A stretch of 64,000 nucleotides of DNA from Sphingomonadaceae bacterium (GTDB lineage Bacteria; Pseudomonadota; Alphaproteobacteria; Sphingomonadales; Sphingomonadaceae), in assembly GCA_019239915.1 (NCBI GenBank), contig JAFAZF010000035.1, positions 7,337 to 71,336 on the forward strand. The letters run 5' to 3'. Below are positions 9,658 through 18,283 of the stretch, one piece after another. Position 1 is the stretch's first letter. Each line of letters opens with the position of its first letter. A model generated the notes under the pieces. That model was not told the DNA's origin. It saw nothing but the letters and a program-made list of their open reading frames with translations, and did no database searches. The position numbers were made by a program, and so were the translations under genes.

Positions 9658-10614
9658 ATGAGCTTTTCGATATTGGTGGGCGCGATGCTGCTGGCCGACG
9701 CGCCAATGGGCGCCGGTGCCCTGCCGCCTGTTAGTCCCGTCCCGTCCGCAAGCGATCAGCAGACGCCGCCCTCGGCTGCTCCGCCGGATGCAGCAACACC
9801 CGCCCAAGCGCTTGCTAAGCCGCCGGCCGTTCCGGTCCCGGATGCCCCCCAAGATAACACGGTGTGCGATATTGTCGTCAGCGCGCGACGGCATGTGCCC
9901 GGCGACCCGTTGCAGGCGGCGAATGCCAAGTCCTTTGCCCTAACCCAGGATGTTGATCGAGCAGTCGTCGGCCCGGCCGCCCTGGCTTACGAGAGAACGG
10001 TGCCGGAGCCGATCCGAGACGGCTTGCGCAACTTCAACCTCAACCTCCACGAACCCGTCGTCTTCCTGAACTATTTGTTGCAGTTGAAACCCGGCAAAGC
10101 GGGAGAGACGGCCGGTCGGTTCGCGGTTAACTCCGCCCTTGGCGCCGCCGGATTGTTCGATGTGGCGCGGAAGCGTCCCTTCGAACTGCCCCGCCGGCCC
10201 AATGGCTTCGCCGACACTCTCGGCTATTATGGGGTCGCTCCTGGACCGTTCTTTTTCCTGCCCTTGATAGGACCAACCACCCTCCGCGATCTTTTGGGCG
10301 GAGGCGTAGATCGGCTCGTCTTGCCGCTGAGTGTCGGCGGCCCTTTCCGGAGCCTTGCCTATACGGTCCCAATGGGGGCCGATCGCCTGCTCGACCGACG
10401 CGCCGAATTTGACGAACAACTCAATCAGGTGCGCGAAACCCCGGATCCGTACAGCGCTCGGCGCGAAATGTATCTGCACAAGCGCCAGGCGGAAATCGAG
10501 GCTCTCCATGGAACGCGGCGCGGCGCGGCCACCCCTACATTTGGCCTTGATTCCTCGGAAGGTCCAAGCGCACCGGCGGACTCGGACGCCGTTGAGCAAT
10601 CGCTGCATCTTTAG
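9658..10614 (+). CDS. mlaA: MlaA/VacJ-family lipoprotein
   Basis: Track ORF 9610..10614 trimmed to MSFSILVGAMLL. Family-typical stretch RDGLRNFNLNLHEPVVFLNYLLQLK...RFAVNSALGAAGLFDVA...FADTLGYYGVAPGPFFFLPLIGPTTLRD. Confidence 0.8.
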   Translation: MSFSILVGAMLLADAPMGAGALPPVSPVPSASDQQTPPSAAPPDAATPAQALAKPPAVPVPDAPQDNTVCDIVVSARRHVPGDPLQAANAKSFALTQDVDRAVVGPAALAYERTVPEPIRDGLRNFNLNLHEPVVFLNYLLQLKPGKAGETAGRFAVNSALGAAGLFDVARKRPFELPRRPNGFADTLGYYGVAPGPFFFLPLIGPTTLRDLLGGGVDRLVLPLSVGGPFRSLAYTVPMGADRLLDRRAEFDEQLNQVRETPDPYSARREMYLHKRQAEIEALHGTRRGAATPTFGLDSSEGPSAPADSDAVEQSLHL

Positions 10615-10663
10615 GAAGGTGGCCCAAGGCACCGCTTGGCTGAAGCTTCGCTTGAAACTGCCA

Positions 10664-11521
10664 TCACGCCCGCGCCCCGCTCCCCGTGAGAGGCACGAAC
10701 TGAACAGGGCCGAGGGTAACTTGGCGAAGGGTTCCGTCAGGTTGCTTCGTCAGCATCACAAGGTGCTCATTCTCGGGATCAGGGCCTAGTGGCATGATCA
10801 GACGACCACCAGGCTTCAGCTGCTCGACTAGTGGTTGGGGAACCTGCGAGGCTGCCGCAGCGACCAGAATTACGTCGAACGGCGCAAACGCAGGAACACC
10901 CGCAAAGCCATCCCCGATTACCGTCGTGATGTTTCGAAATCCGAGTGCGCTAAATTGTTGCTCAGCATCACGAGCGAGCTTTGTCTTTATTTCAATGGTT
11001 ACAACGGTGTCTGCTAACATGGACAAGACGGCGGCGCCGTAACCAGAACCCGTGCCGACGTCGAGAACCGCTGCACCCGGCGGAATAGTAGCGGCCATCG
11101 CCATCAACGCCACTACAAAGGGTTGCGAGATTGTCTGCCTAGATCCAATATTGAGTGCATACGGGAGATAGGCGAAATCACGTGCCCAGGGCGGCAGAAA
11201 CTCCTCGCGTGGAACAGCGAGCATAGCCTTCACGACACGCGAAATATTCTCACTCGACAGATCAACGCCGCCCTCCAGCAGACTTGCCTTCACCTCGTCA
11301 ACCATCGCCTCCCGCTGTGCAGCCGGATCGTTTGGCAACGCGACGACGCGCTGCACAAGATCTTTGACGTCTATGACGGGCTTTGGCAAAGGCGCAACAA
11401 GTTCATCTAGTTGATCGAGGTTGATTTCGCCATTGCGAACGAGGCGCACGAGCAAGTTCAGATGCGCAATTGCATCCGCTGACTCGACACCGAGCTCTGA
11501 ACTTTCCATCCGCTTCGGCAT
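10664..11521 (-). CDS. pcm: protein-L-isoaspartate O-methyltransferase paralog with ~75-aa N-terminal extension
   Basis: C-terminal 210 aa is a canonical Pcm (AVPREEFLP...IGSRQTISQPFVVALM...LDVGTGSGYGAAVL...QLKPGGRLIMPLG). An extra N-terminal domain (MPKRMESSELGVESADAIAHLNLLVRLVRNGEINLDQLDEL...) precedes it. Start taken at ATG 11521. In-frame ATGs at 11608 and 11509 are also possible. Confidence 0.8.
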   Translation of the reverse strand: MPKRMESSELGVESADAIAHLNLLVRLVRNGEINLDQLDELVAPLPKPVIDVKDLVQRVVALPNDPAAQREAMVDEVKASLLEGGVDLSSENISRVVKAMLAVPREEFLPPWARDFAYLPYALNIGSRQTISQPFVVALMAMAATIPPGAAVLDVGTGSGYGAAVLSMLADTVVTIEIKTKLARDAEQQFSALGFRNITTVIGDGFAGVPAFAPFDVILVAAAASQVPQPLVEQLKPGGRLIMPLGPDPENEHLVMLTKQPDGTLRQVTLGPVQFVPLTGSGARA

Positions 11522-11650
11522 TCCAAGTGCAGACGGTCTGGCCACCCCGATTCCGCATCTCAATCCCGGCGGGGTCCCTGGGCTCGCGGTGTGCGCACAC
11601 GATAACATACCGACCTGGGCCCGCCGTTGCGACGGCGGGTGTGATAGAGA
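11201..11650. repeat. copy A of a diverged ~450-bp direct repeat (5' leader plus N-terminal domain of the long pcm paralog)
   Basis: Hand alignment to 17047-17500 gives roughly 75-80% identity. It includes a 20-nt perfectly identical block (tccaagtgcagacggtctgg, 11522-11541 vs 17349-17368) directly upstream of both ATGs. Confidence 0.7.
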
Positions 11651-12116
11651 GTCGAAGCGTGAAAACGACCGAATCCGGCGGCCGCCCGGCTATTATGCGG
11701 GCAAGACGATCGAGGGACGCAAGCGCCATATCCTCACCCACGCCCAGGGCAATCTGATCGACGCTGTGATCCACACCGCGGACATTGAGGACTGCGACGG
11801 CGAAGCTGGTGCTCGCCGACATCGTACACCGCTTCCCCTGGCTGCGGCATATCTTCGCCGATGGCGGCTATGCCGGCGACAAACTCAAAGATGCCCTGCG
11901 CCGGATCAGCAAGTGGACCATCGCGATCGTTAAGCGATCCGATGCCGCCGAAGGGTCGAGGTCCTGCCACGTCGCTGGGTCTTTGAGCGCACCTTGGCGT
12001 GGCTCAATCGCAATCGGCGGCTCGCCAAAGACTTCGAGCAAACTATCGCTTCCGCCAGCGCATGGCTCTTCATAGCCTCGGTGCAGCTCCTCACCCGCCG
12101 TCTCGCAAGACTATGA
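11625..12116 (+). mobile_element. IS5-family (DDE) transposase remnant: C-terminal half only, three frameshifts
   Basis: Pieces in alternating frames: VIESRSVKTTESGG / YYAGKTIEGRKRHILTHAQGNLIDAVIHTADIEDCDG / [52 protein letters not shown] / [53 protein letters not shown]-stop (12114-12116). These are typical IS5-group motifs. No N-terminal half or inverted repeats were seen. Confidence 0.75.
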
Positions 12117-12288
12117 AACTCCAACTGATAATTTCGAAACAGACACTTAGAGAACGTTGACGGACGTGACCTTTCAGCGCATTTTTCGTTGGCGCCACGG
12201 AGTTCTGACTGTAGAGTTCTTTTAACTATCACATGCTTGCGAAACGGATATTAGTGCTCCTGGGAACCGCTATAGCGGACGAGCCATT

Positions 12289-13005
12289 TTGGCCACTCAT
12301 CCTTTGAGAACGGCCCCTATGATCGACTCGCTTCGTCGTCGCTTCCTCAGCCTGCTCGGTTCAATCTACATCTACAACGAGCATCGCGGTTACACGGCGA
12401 TCGACCGAGTGATCGATGTCGTCCGTCGCCGCTCGCCTGAGGATCGCCCCTTCCTAGAAGCCCTTGCTAAGCACCGCGCCGATGAGCGCAAGCATTACGA
12501 GATGTTCCGCCGTTGGTTTCAGCGTCAGGGGGCAATGCCCTTCGCGGTCGATCGAACCTGCGGCCACATCGATCGCTTCGTCGGGATCATGTTCCGTTCG
12601 TCCATCGACAATCTGAATGCCGACGATCTCGTCGTCCGCGATGATCTGTTTGAAAAGCTGTGTCGGGTGATCGCGCTCACGGAGAGGCGCGGCTATCGCC
12701 AGGTCGAGGCCCTGCTTCGCCATCCTTTTGTGCGGAGCGACCCGACGCTGATGAAGATATTCCGGATCATCGAGACGGACGAGCCGGGCCATTGGGCGCC
12801 GTACGAAGCTTGGCTGACCGAGCACGGGAAGCGCGGTCCCAGCTGGTGGGAGCGCCGGATAGACGGGTTCATCCACTCGGAACTGCTCGTTCTCAAGCTG
12901 CCGCTGCTGTTCCTGGCTCCGCGTTTGCAACGACGGCAGAACTGGGCGGACGCGCACGATGCCGTCAATCCCGCGGCGGGCCCAGCGGCGGCGGTCTCTC
13001 TTTAA
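12289..13005 (+). CDS. ferritin-like diiron-carboxylate protein (hypothetical oxygenase), C-terminal hydrophobic tail
   Basis: 238 aa (TTG start per track, ATG alternative at 12319). Two E-x-x-H motifs (ADERKHYEMF and ETDEPGHWAPY), each preceded by a helix carrying Glu. Hydrophobic end FIHSELLVLKLPLLFLAP. Directly abuts the GtrA gene. Confidence 0.55.
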   Translation: MATHPLRTAPMIDSLRRRFLSLLGSIYIYNEHRGYTAIDRVIDVVRRRSPEDRPFLEALAKHRADERKHYEMFRRWFQRQGAMPFAVDRTCGHIDRFVGIMFRSSIDNLNADDLVVRDDLFEKLCRVIALTERRGYRQVEALLRHPFVRSDPTLMKIFRIIETDEPGHWAPYEAWLTEHGKRGPSWWERRIDGFIHSELLVLKLPLLFLAPRLQRRQNWADAHDAVNPAAGPAAAVSL

Positions 13006-13473
13006 GTGCGGGACCGAGCACATGCACTTCCATCGCCGCTGAATGCCAAGGGAGGCCAAGCGACGGGGCACCTCGTTAGCCGCATATTGTCTCGCAAGGC
13101 GGCGAGCATGTTGGGGCGCAACACGGTCGTGAGCTGCTTCGCCTTTGGCTTCGACTTGGCGCTGCTCTGGGTGCTGGTCCGCCTCGGTCGGGGCAGACTT
13201 GAGGCGGCGGCGGTGGCCTTTGTTGCGGCGAACACGCTTCACTACGCGCTTGGCCGAAGCTGGATCTTTCGCGGGTCAAAGCGCGGACTGAAGGCGGGAT
13301 ACATCTTTTTCCTGACCAACGCGGTTGTTGGTCTTATTGTGACCATGACCCTTTACACCGCATTTCTACGTTACACGCCGATCAACTATCTCGTGGCGCG
13401 CGTCGTGGTATCGGTGTTCGCTGGCCTGGCCGTTTTCTTGCTCAACGCCGTACTAAACTTTCGCCGGCTCTGA
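13006..13473 (+). CDS. GtrA-family membrane protein
   Basis: Small polytopic protein (NTVVSCFAFGFDLALLWVLV..., VVGLIVTMTLYTAFL..., VVSVFAGLAVFLLNAVLNF). About 121 aa if started at ATG 13108, which is the usual GtrA size. Its stop overlaps the next start (13473). Confidence 0.7.
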   Translation: MRDRAHALPSPLNAKGGQATGHLVSRILSRKAASMLGRNTVVSCFAFGFDLALLWVLVRLGRGRLEAAAVAFVAANTLHYALGRSWIFRGSKRGLKAGYIFFLTNAVVGLIVTMTLYTAFLRYTPINYLVARVVVSVFAGLAVFLLNAVLNFRRL

Positions 13474-14591
13474 TGCGGATCGCGCTGTTCTCCGGAAACT
13501 ACAATTATCTGCGCGAAGGGGCGAACCAGGCGCTCAATCGCCTCGTGGGCTATTTGGAACAGGAGGCGGGCCACGTCGTCCGCGTCTACTCTCCAACCAC
13601 GCCGAACCCGGACTTCGAGCCGGTCGGAACGCTCATTCCCGTCGCTTCCGTCAGATTCCCAATACGCGGCGAGTTTCGGCTCGCGCTTGGCTTGCCGCGC
13701 GCGACGCGACGTGATCTTGAAGACTTCCGGCCCGATCTGGTCCATGTCTCGACGCCTGACATCCTTTGCACGCGTGCCCAAAGTTTCGCATTAGACGCAG
13801 GCGTGCCGATCGTGGCCAGCATGCACACGCTGTTCGAGACCTACCTCGATTACTATCGCATCGGATGGACCCGGCCGGTCGTCGAGGCGCATCTCCGCCG
13901 CTTCTACCGGCGGGCCAGCCATGTCCTCGCACCGATCCCGAGCCTTGTAGCCGAGATGAAGCGCATGCGCGGCGACGATCGCGTCAGCATGTGGAGCCGG
14001 GGTGTCGATCGCAATCTGTTTCATCCCGGCCGTCGAGACATGGCATGGCGTCGCGCCCAAGGTATTGCGGATCACGAGGTAGCGGTCCTGTTCTTCGGGC
14101 GCCTCGTGCTTGAAAAGGGAGTGTCGCTCTTTGTCGAAACGATCGCCGATATGCAGCAGCGCCGGCTCCCCGTTCGCCCCCTGCTCGTCGGTGCCGGACC
14201 AGCTCTGGGCGCGTTTGCGAGGCTTGCTGGCGTGGTCGCGACGGGCCACCTTCAGGATGAGGAACTTGCGCGCGCCGTCGCGAGCGCGGACATCATGCTG
14301 ACTCCCAGCGTTACCGAGACATTCGGGAATGTCGTGCTGGAGGCAATGGCATCAGGATTGCCGATCGTCAGCGCCGATGCACCGAGCGCCCGTGCTCTGA
14401 TCGACGATGGTGCCACCGGCTATCTCTGCCCGCCCTACGAAGCGGCTGGCTATGCCGCGATCGCAGAGCGACTCGCCGTGTCACCCGATCTCCGCAACGC
14501 GATTGGCTTCGCGGCTACCCAAGCGAGCGAAGCCTACTCGTGGGAAGCCGCGTCGGCGGACGTGGAACGCGCCTATCGCACCCTCATTTAG
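13473..14591 (+). CDS. glycosyltransferase family 4 (GT-B, group 1)
   Basis: 372 aa. N-terminus MRIALFSGNYNYLREGANQALNRLVGYL, C-terminal E-x7-E region TETFGNVVLEAMASGLPIVSAD. Confidence 0.85.
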   Translation: MRIALFSGNYNYLREGANQALNRLVGYLEQEAGHVVRVYSPTTPNPDFEPVGTLIPVASVRFPIRGEFRLALGLPRATRRDLEDFRPDLVHVSTPDILCTRAQSFALDAGVPIVASMHTLFETYLDYYRIGWTRPVVEAHLRRFYRRASHVLAPIPSLVAEMKRMRGDDRVSMWSRGVDRNLFHPGRRDMAWRRAQGIADHEVAVLFFGRLVLEKGVSLFVETIADMQQRRLPVRPLLVGAGPALGAFARLAGVVATGHLQDEELARAVASADIMLTPSVTETFGNVVLEAMASGLPIVSADAPSARALIDDGATGYLCPPYEAAGYAAIAERLAVSPDLRNAIGFAATQASEAYSWEAASADVERAYRTLI

Positions 14592-14917
14592 CAGATGAAT
14601 CTCCGCCGAGCCGGGGCAGCTATCGAGCGCAGACGAACTTTATGCCCCCTTCTGGAACGGCAATCCTACGGCACGCAGGCAAGCGTTGGGTCGTGAGCCG
14701 TCCGGCGGTGAGACCCAGCAGCGGACGCTCGACCCCCCGCGGTCGCCTACGTCTATGCTGCGCGCGGGCGGTCGGGTTCCACATGATGCAGTCCAGGAAA
14801 GGTGTCGCAACCTCCTGGAATCACATTAGAACCCGACGGTCGACCCCGTTACGGATCCGTTCTGACATGGCCTCTTAGACATATCAGCTTCCACTGGCCG
14901 AATTCACTTCACCGCGC

Positions 14918-16630
14918 TCAGCACAACGCCCGGCGCCCCATGGCCGCCTTTGTCACCGTCCCACACACCGCCAACCGGTTGATCCTGTAGAGGCTGCTCC
15001 TATCGCTTTGCCAGACACGGACGAGTTGCGAGTTTTTGTAGCGGGATGGAAGAGACGTCGCGATTAACCAAAGGAAGTCTGCCCTATCTATAGGAAGGTG
15101 CGGCATTGATTGAGCAATAGTGTGACGTTGCTCGTCAGGATAAATGGACTTCCTAACACCGATACATCGCTGCGGCCAGACATAGTGGTACGGATCGTGG
15201 TAGAAAACAGGCGATGGGCGATACCGGATCGTCAACGACTGGATATCACCCACGTCCCATTGTGTATTCACCCACGCCTGTCGTTCAAGAACCGCCATAC
15301 TTGACAGATGGTCGAGGCGGGGAGATCGCCAGCCAGCAGAACCGCAGAGGCGGCCGGTCAAGTTCAGAACTCGAGCACCGACAGGAATATACTTGAGGGC
15401 GTTGAGCTCCATGCGATAGCTCTTGGCATAGCCGATGAACGCTGTGGACGTAACGGAGAGCCGGATTGCGAAAAGCGCTAGCCCTAGTAGTGAGGTTAAG
15501 CTGCGCGCGCGCACGCAGACTGCACTCCAATCTTGTTGTGCCAAAGCCAACATCGCTATCATCGGCACCAAGCGCATATCGATCAGCGACGATCCGGATA
15601 ATCTGGTGGGCACGATTAGAAAGGTCAGAAGAACGGCCAAGACTGGACCTTCTCTGCCCCCGTGCAGCTTTGCCCCTTTTGCGTAGCCGAAGCAGAAGAT
15701 GGCGAAAGCCGCGGCCACGGAAGCTACATCGAGGAATTGACTCTGATCCCTGAGCGCGTGCGTGACAGCTCTGATCTTGGCCAAGAAGGAGTAGCTGGTT
15801 GTGCCGCCACTTCCATGTCGAGTGTCCCACCAGACTGCCACGGTCATTGCGCTCGCCGACAGCGGCCATGTCGCACCGACAAAGCGCACGACGGCTGCGC
15901 CGCCCGGCCATCGACGATGAACCAAATTTCGGCGGCAGAGCTCATAGCTGCCGATCATCATAGGGAGCAGCATCCCGCCCACTGCATGAGCCACGATCAT
16001 GGCTGGCTGGATCAGCAGGAAGACGCTCGCGCGCAAGAATGGGCGCCGCTCCAAGGTCGTCCAGGCAGCATAGCTGATCAGGGAAAGCGCGGCGGCCAGA
16101 GTGTAGTTCAAGAAGCCGTAATTGAGTGGCTCGCTCCAAGCGAACAGCATTGCCCAAGGGGCAGCGGCCGCCCCGCTTCGGTTGACCGTGCGAGCAGTAA
16201 GGAGGACCCCGAATACCGTGAGCGCAGGTATTGACGCCGCAATCAACCGCACGGTCAGCACCAGCCCGAGCGGCTGCCGCAACAACTCGACGAGCGCATC
16301 CACTCCGAGGTTCAACACGAACGCCCAGTGGAATTCGTAAAAGTTTCGAAGGGGGCTACTCGGAGCAGCGGTTTGGATCGCGAACTGACCGATGTGCCCC
16401 GGAAGATCGATGAGCGGTGGCAGCGGAGTAAACAGAAACGGAACGGCGGCCAATATCGATAGGGCTATGATCGTCCGCCACTGGAGCAGAAGTGGCACCC
16501 CTGTCGTATGCCCAGGGGGCGTGGGCTCGTCTGAAGCTAGCACGACGCGGCGGCCACGCCACAAACCGTTGGCTGCGTCGTAACCTCGGGGGTGCGTTTC
16601 CGCAATGTGATCGCAACTTACGCGCCGCAT
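14918..16630 (-). CDS. large polytopic inner-membrane protein, function unknown (possibly a GT-C-like glycosyltransferase or polymerase)
   Basis: 570 aa with many hydrophobic helices in the first ~400 aa and a ~170-aa soluble C-terminal domain. GC visibly lower (~53-57% in sampled 60-mers). I recognise no family motif. Confidence 0.6.
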   Translation of the reverse strand: MRRVSCDHIAETHPRGYDAANGLWRGRRVVLASDEPTPPGHTTGVPLLLQWRTIIALSILAAVPFLFTPLPPLIDLPGHIGQFAIQTAAPSSPLRNFYEFHWAFVLNLGVDALVELLRQPLGLVLTVRLIAASIPALTVFGVLLTARTVNRSGAAAAPWAMLFAWSEPLNYGFLNYTLAAALSLISYAAWTTLERRPFLRASVFLLIQPAMIVAHAVGGMLLPMMIGSYELCRRNLVHRRWPGGAAVVRFVGATWPLSASAMTVAVWWDTRHGSGGTTSYSFLAKIRAVTHALRDQSQFLDVASVAAAFAIFCFGYAKGAKLHGGREGPVLAVLLTFLIVPTRLSGSSLIDMRLVPMIAMLALAQQDWSAVCVRARSLTSLLGLALFAIRLSVTSTAFIGYAKSYRMELNALKYIPVGARVLNLTGRLCGSAGWRSPRLDHLSSMAVLERQAWVNTQWDVGDIQSLTIRYRPSPVFYHDPYHYVWPQRCIGVRKSIYPDEQRHTIAQSMPHLPIDRADFLWLIATSLPSRYKNSQLVRVWQSDRSSLYRINRLAVCGTVTKAAMGRRALC

Positions 16631-17043
16631 CGCAGTGGTTCCCGCTCTAGGAGAATGGTGGAGCGGCTTCGGCTGAGCGCGCGGATGCTATGACGCAGAC
16701 AATCGCGTTAGCGGCCCGCTTGGATGACGTTATCGCCGGATCGAGCTCGATGCCTTTGTGGAACAGCACAGTTGAAGTGGCAGCTAGCGATCCTCGTGAA
16801 ATCGCAGCGAGCCTGTGAGCTCGATGCCGGGCTGATCGATTGAGCGGATCACCGGACCCGCCGGCCAGTGAGCATAAGAAGGTGGCATTGATCGCCGCAG
16901 TCACAATCCGAGCGGTCGGCCTTGAACGCAGTCGCTGTCCCCCATCAGTGCCCGTACGCCTGAGCCGGTGAGAGCGTGATGCACCGCAGCGAGCCAACGT
17001 ATTCGGTGCGGGGATCGGTTTGGGATAACAGGTGGTCCCCCTT

Positions 17044-17348
17044 TTACTCCTCGCGCGCCACGCCTTCTCGGTTGAAGTCGTTGAGTATTTCGACGCGGGA
17101 GCAACCTCGCCTGCCAGTAGACTCGCCTCCCGCTGTGCAGCCGGCTTGCTTGGGGACGGGACGACGCGCTGCACAAGATCTTTATTGCTTAAGACGGACT
17201 TTGGCAAAGGCGGTGGGTCATCGAAGAGACCGCCTAGTTGATCGAGATCGACTTCGCCATCGCAAACGAGGCGCAGAATCAGCTTCAGATGCCCAATTGC
17301 CTCCGCTGACTCAACACCGAGTTCTGCAATTTCGATGCGTTTCGTCAT
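17044..17348 (-). pseudogene. truncated, frameshifted paralog of the N-terminal domain of the long pcm gene
   Basis: ATG 17348: MTKRIEIAELGVESAEAIGHLKLILRLVCDGEVDLDQLGGLFDDPPPLPKSVLSNKDLVQRVVPSPSKPAAQREA matches 11521 downward. Relative to copy A there is a 21-nt in-frame gap, then a net 7-nt gap, so the conserved ...AREE-stop (17044-17046) falls in another frame. No methyltransferase domain follows. Confidence 0.6.
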
Positions 17349-17500
17349 TCCAAGTGCAGACGGTCTGGGCACCCGGTTTCCGCACCTCGATGGCAGCTGG
17401 ATCGCTCCGCTGGCGGTATGCGCAGACGGTAACCTAACACCGGCCTGGGTTGCCGGTGGCGACATATGCTGTCGCGGGTGTGCGAGGTTCAGGCGGTCCT
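17047..17500. repeat. copy B of the diverged ~450-bp direct repeat
   Basis: See copy A (11201-11650). Homology ends exactly at the codons for (P/A)REE. Confidence 0.7.
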
Positions 17501-17602
17501 GGTGAGGGGCTTGCCCGGTCGCGGCGTCTATCAAAGTAGGCGTGGCCACTTTCGTAGGAGCAGCGGGAGCGATGTCGAGTGCTCATTTCCTAGGTTCCTG
17601 GT

Positions 17603-18175
17603 GTGTTTCGTAGCGGGCCTCGCGCACGATATGGAGCAGCGGTGTCGCGCCTGGTTCGAGCACCCCTTCTGTTGGTGCTTGCGGCAGCATCACCCTCGCT
17701 GTCATCGAGGCCGGTAATTGGGTTGGATAAGGGCCGTTGCAGACCGAACGAGGCCGGGCCCGCGATAATTGTTGACGTGGTTGGCCTCAAGGATCGGATC
17801 GGCACGCTCAGGGCGGAGCTTTATCCGAACAATAAAGACGATTTTCTGGCGGACGATCATCTCCTGCTGTCGAAGGGCAAAACCTTCAGACGCGCTGAGC
17901 TTCGCCTCGATCAACCCGGACCGGCCAGGATCTGCATCCGCGCGCCTGCTCCTGGTGTCTATTCGCTTGCGCTCATTCACGATCGCGATGACGAACCCGG
18001 CTTCAACATTCTACATGATGGCATCGGCTTCCCGGGCAACCCTAAAATGGGGCTTCATCGCCCCCACATCGAAGGCGCGCGAATTGTCGCCACTACCGGC
18101 ATCGTCCGCAGCCGCGTCATCCTCAACTATCGGCGCGGTCTGTTTTCATTCGGGCCGCTCGGCCCCAGCCGCTGA
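17603..18175 (+). CDS. DUF2141 domain-containing secreted protein
   Basis: 190 aa with a signal peptide. VGLKDRIGTLRAELYPNN...GVYSLALIHDRDDEPGFNILHDGIGFPGNPKMG resembles the DUF2141 core (G-x-l-x-v-a-l ... hDeN.n..lD....GiP.E.yGFSN). Confidence 0.65.
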   Translation: MFRSGPRARYGAAVSRLVRAPLLLVLAAASPSLSSRPVIGLDKGRCRPNEAGPAIIVDVVGLKDRIGTLRAELYPNNKDDFLADDHLLLSKGKTFRRAELRLDQPGPARICIRAPAPGVYSLALIHDRDDEPGFNILHDGIGFPGNPKMGLHRPHIEGARIVATTGIVRSRVILNYRRGLFSFGPLGPSR

Positions 18176-18283
18176 GTAGCTGCTGTCGCCGATGGAACGG
18201 CCAAATGCCCGGACACTCACAACAATTCGCGGATTGCACCAACGAACAATGCGGGAATCGCGCGCCGCCTCCGTCTCTCAGAT

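Noticed and set aside
12263-12288. GGAAC 16-17 nt upstream of a -10-like position before the diiron gene (possible EcfG/general-stress promoter)
   Set aside because: The -10 position reads CCAT/CATT rather than CGTT, and it abuts the TTG start. This is too weak.
17238-17251. TTGATCGAGATCGA, close to a Crp/Fnr TTGAT-N4-ATCAA box
   Set aside because: It lies inside the repeated coding segment (copy A has TTGATCGAGGTTGAT) and simply encodes the conserved LDQL residues. It has one mismatched half-site.
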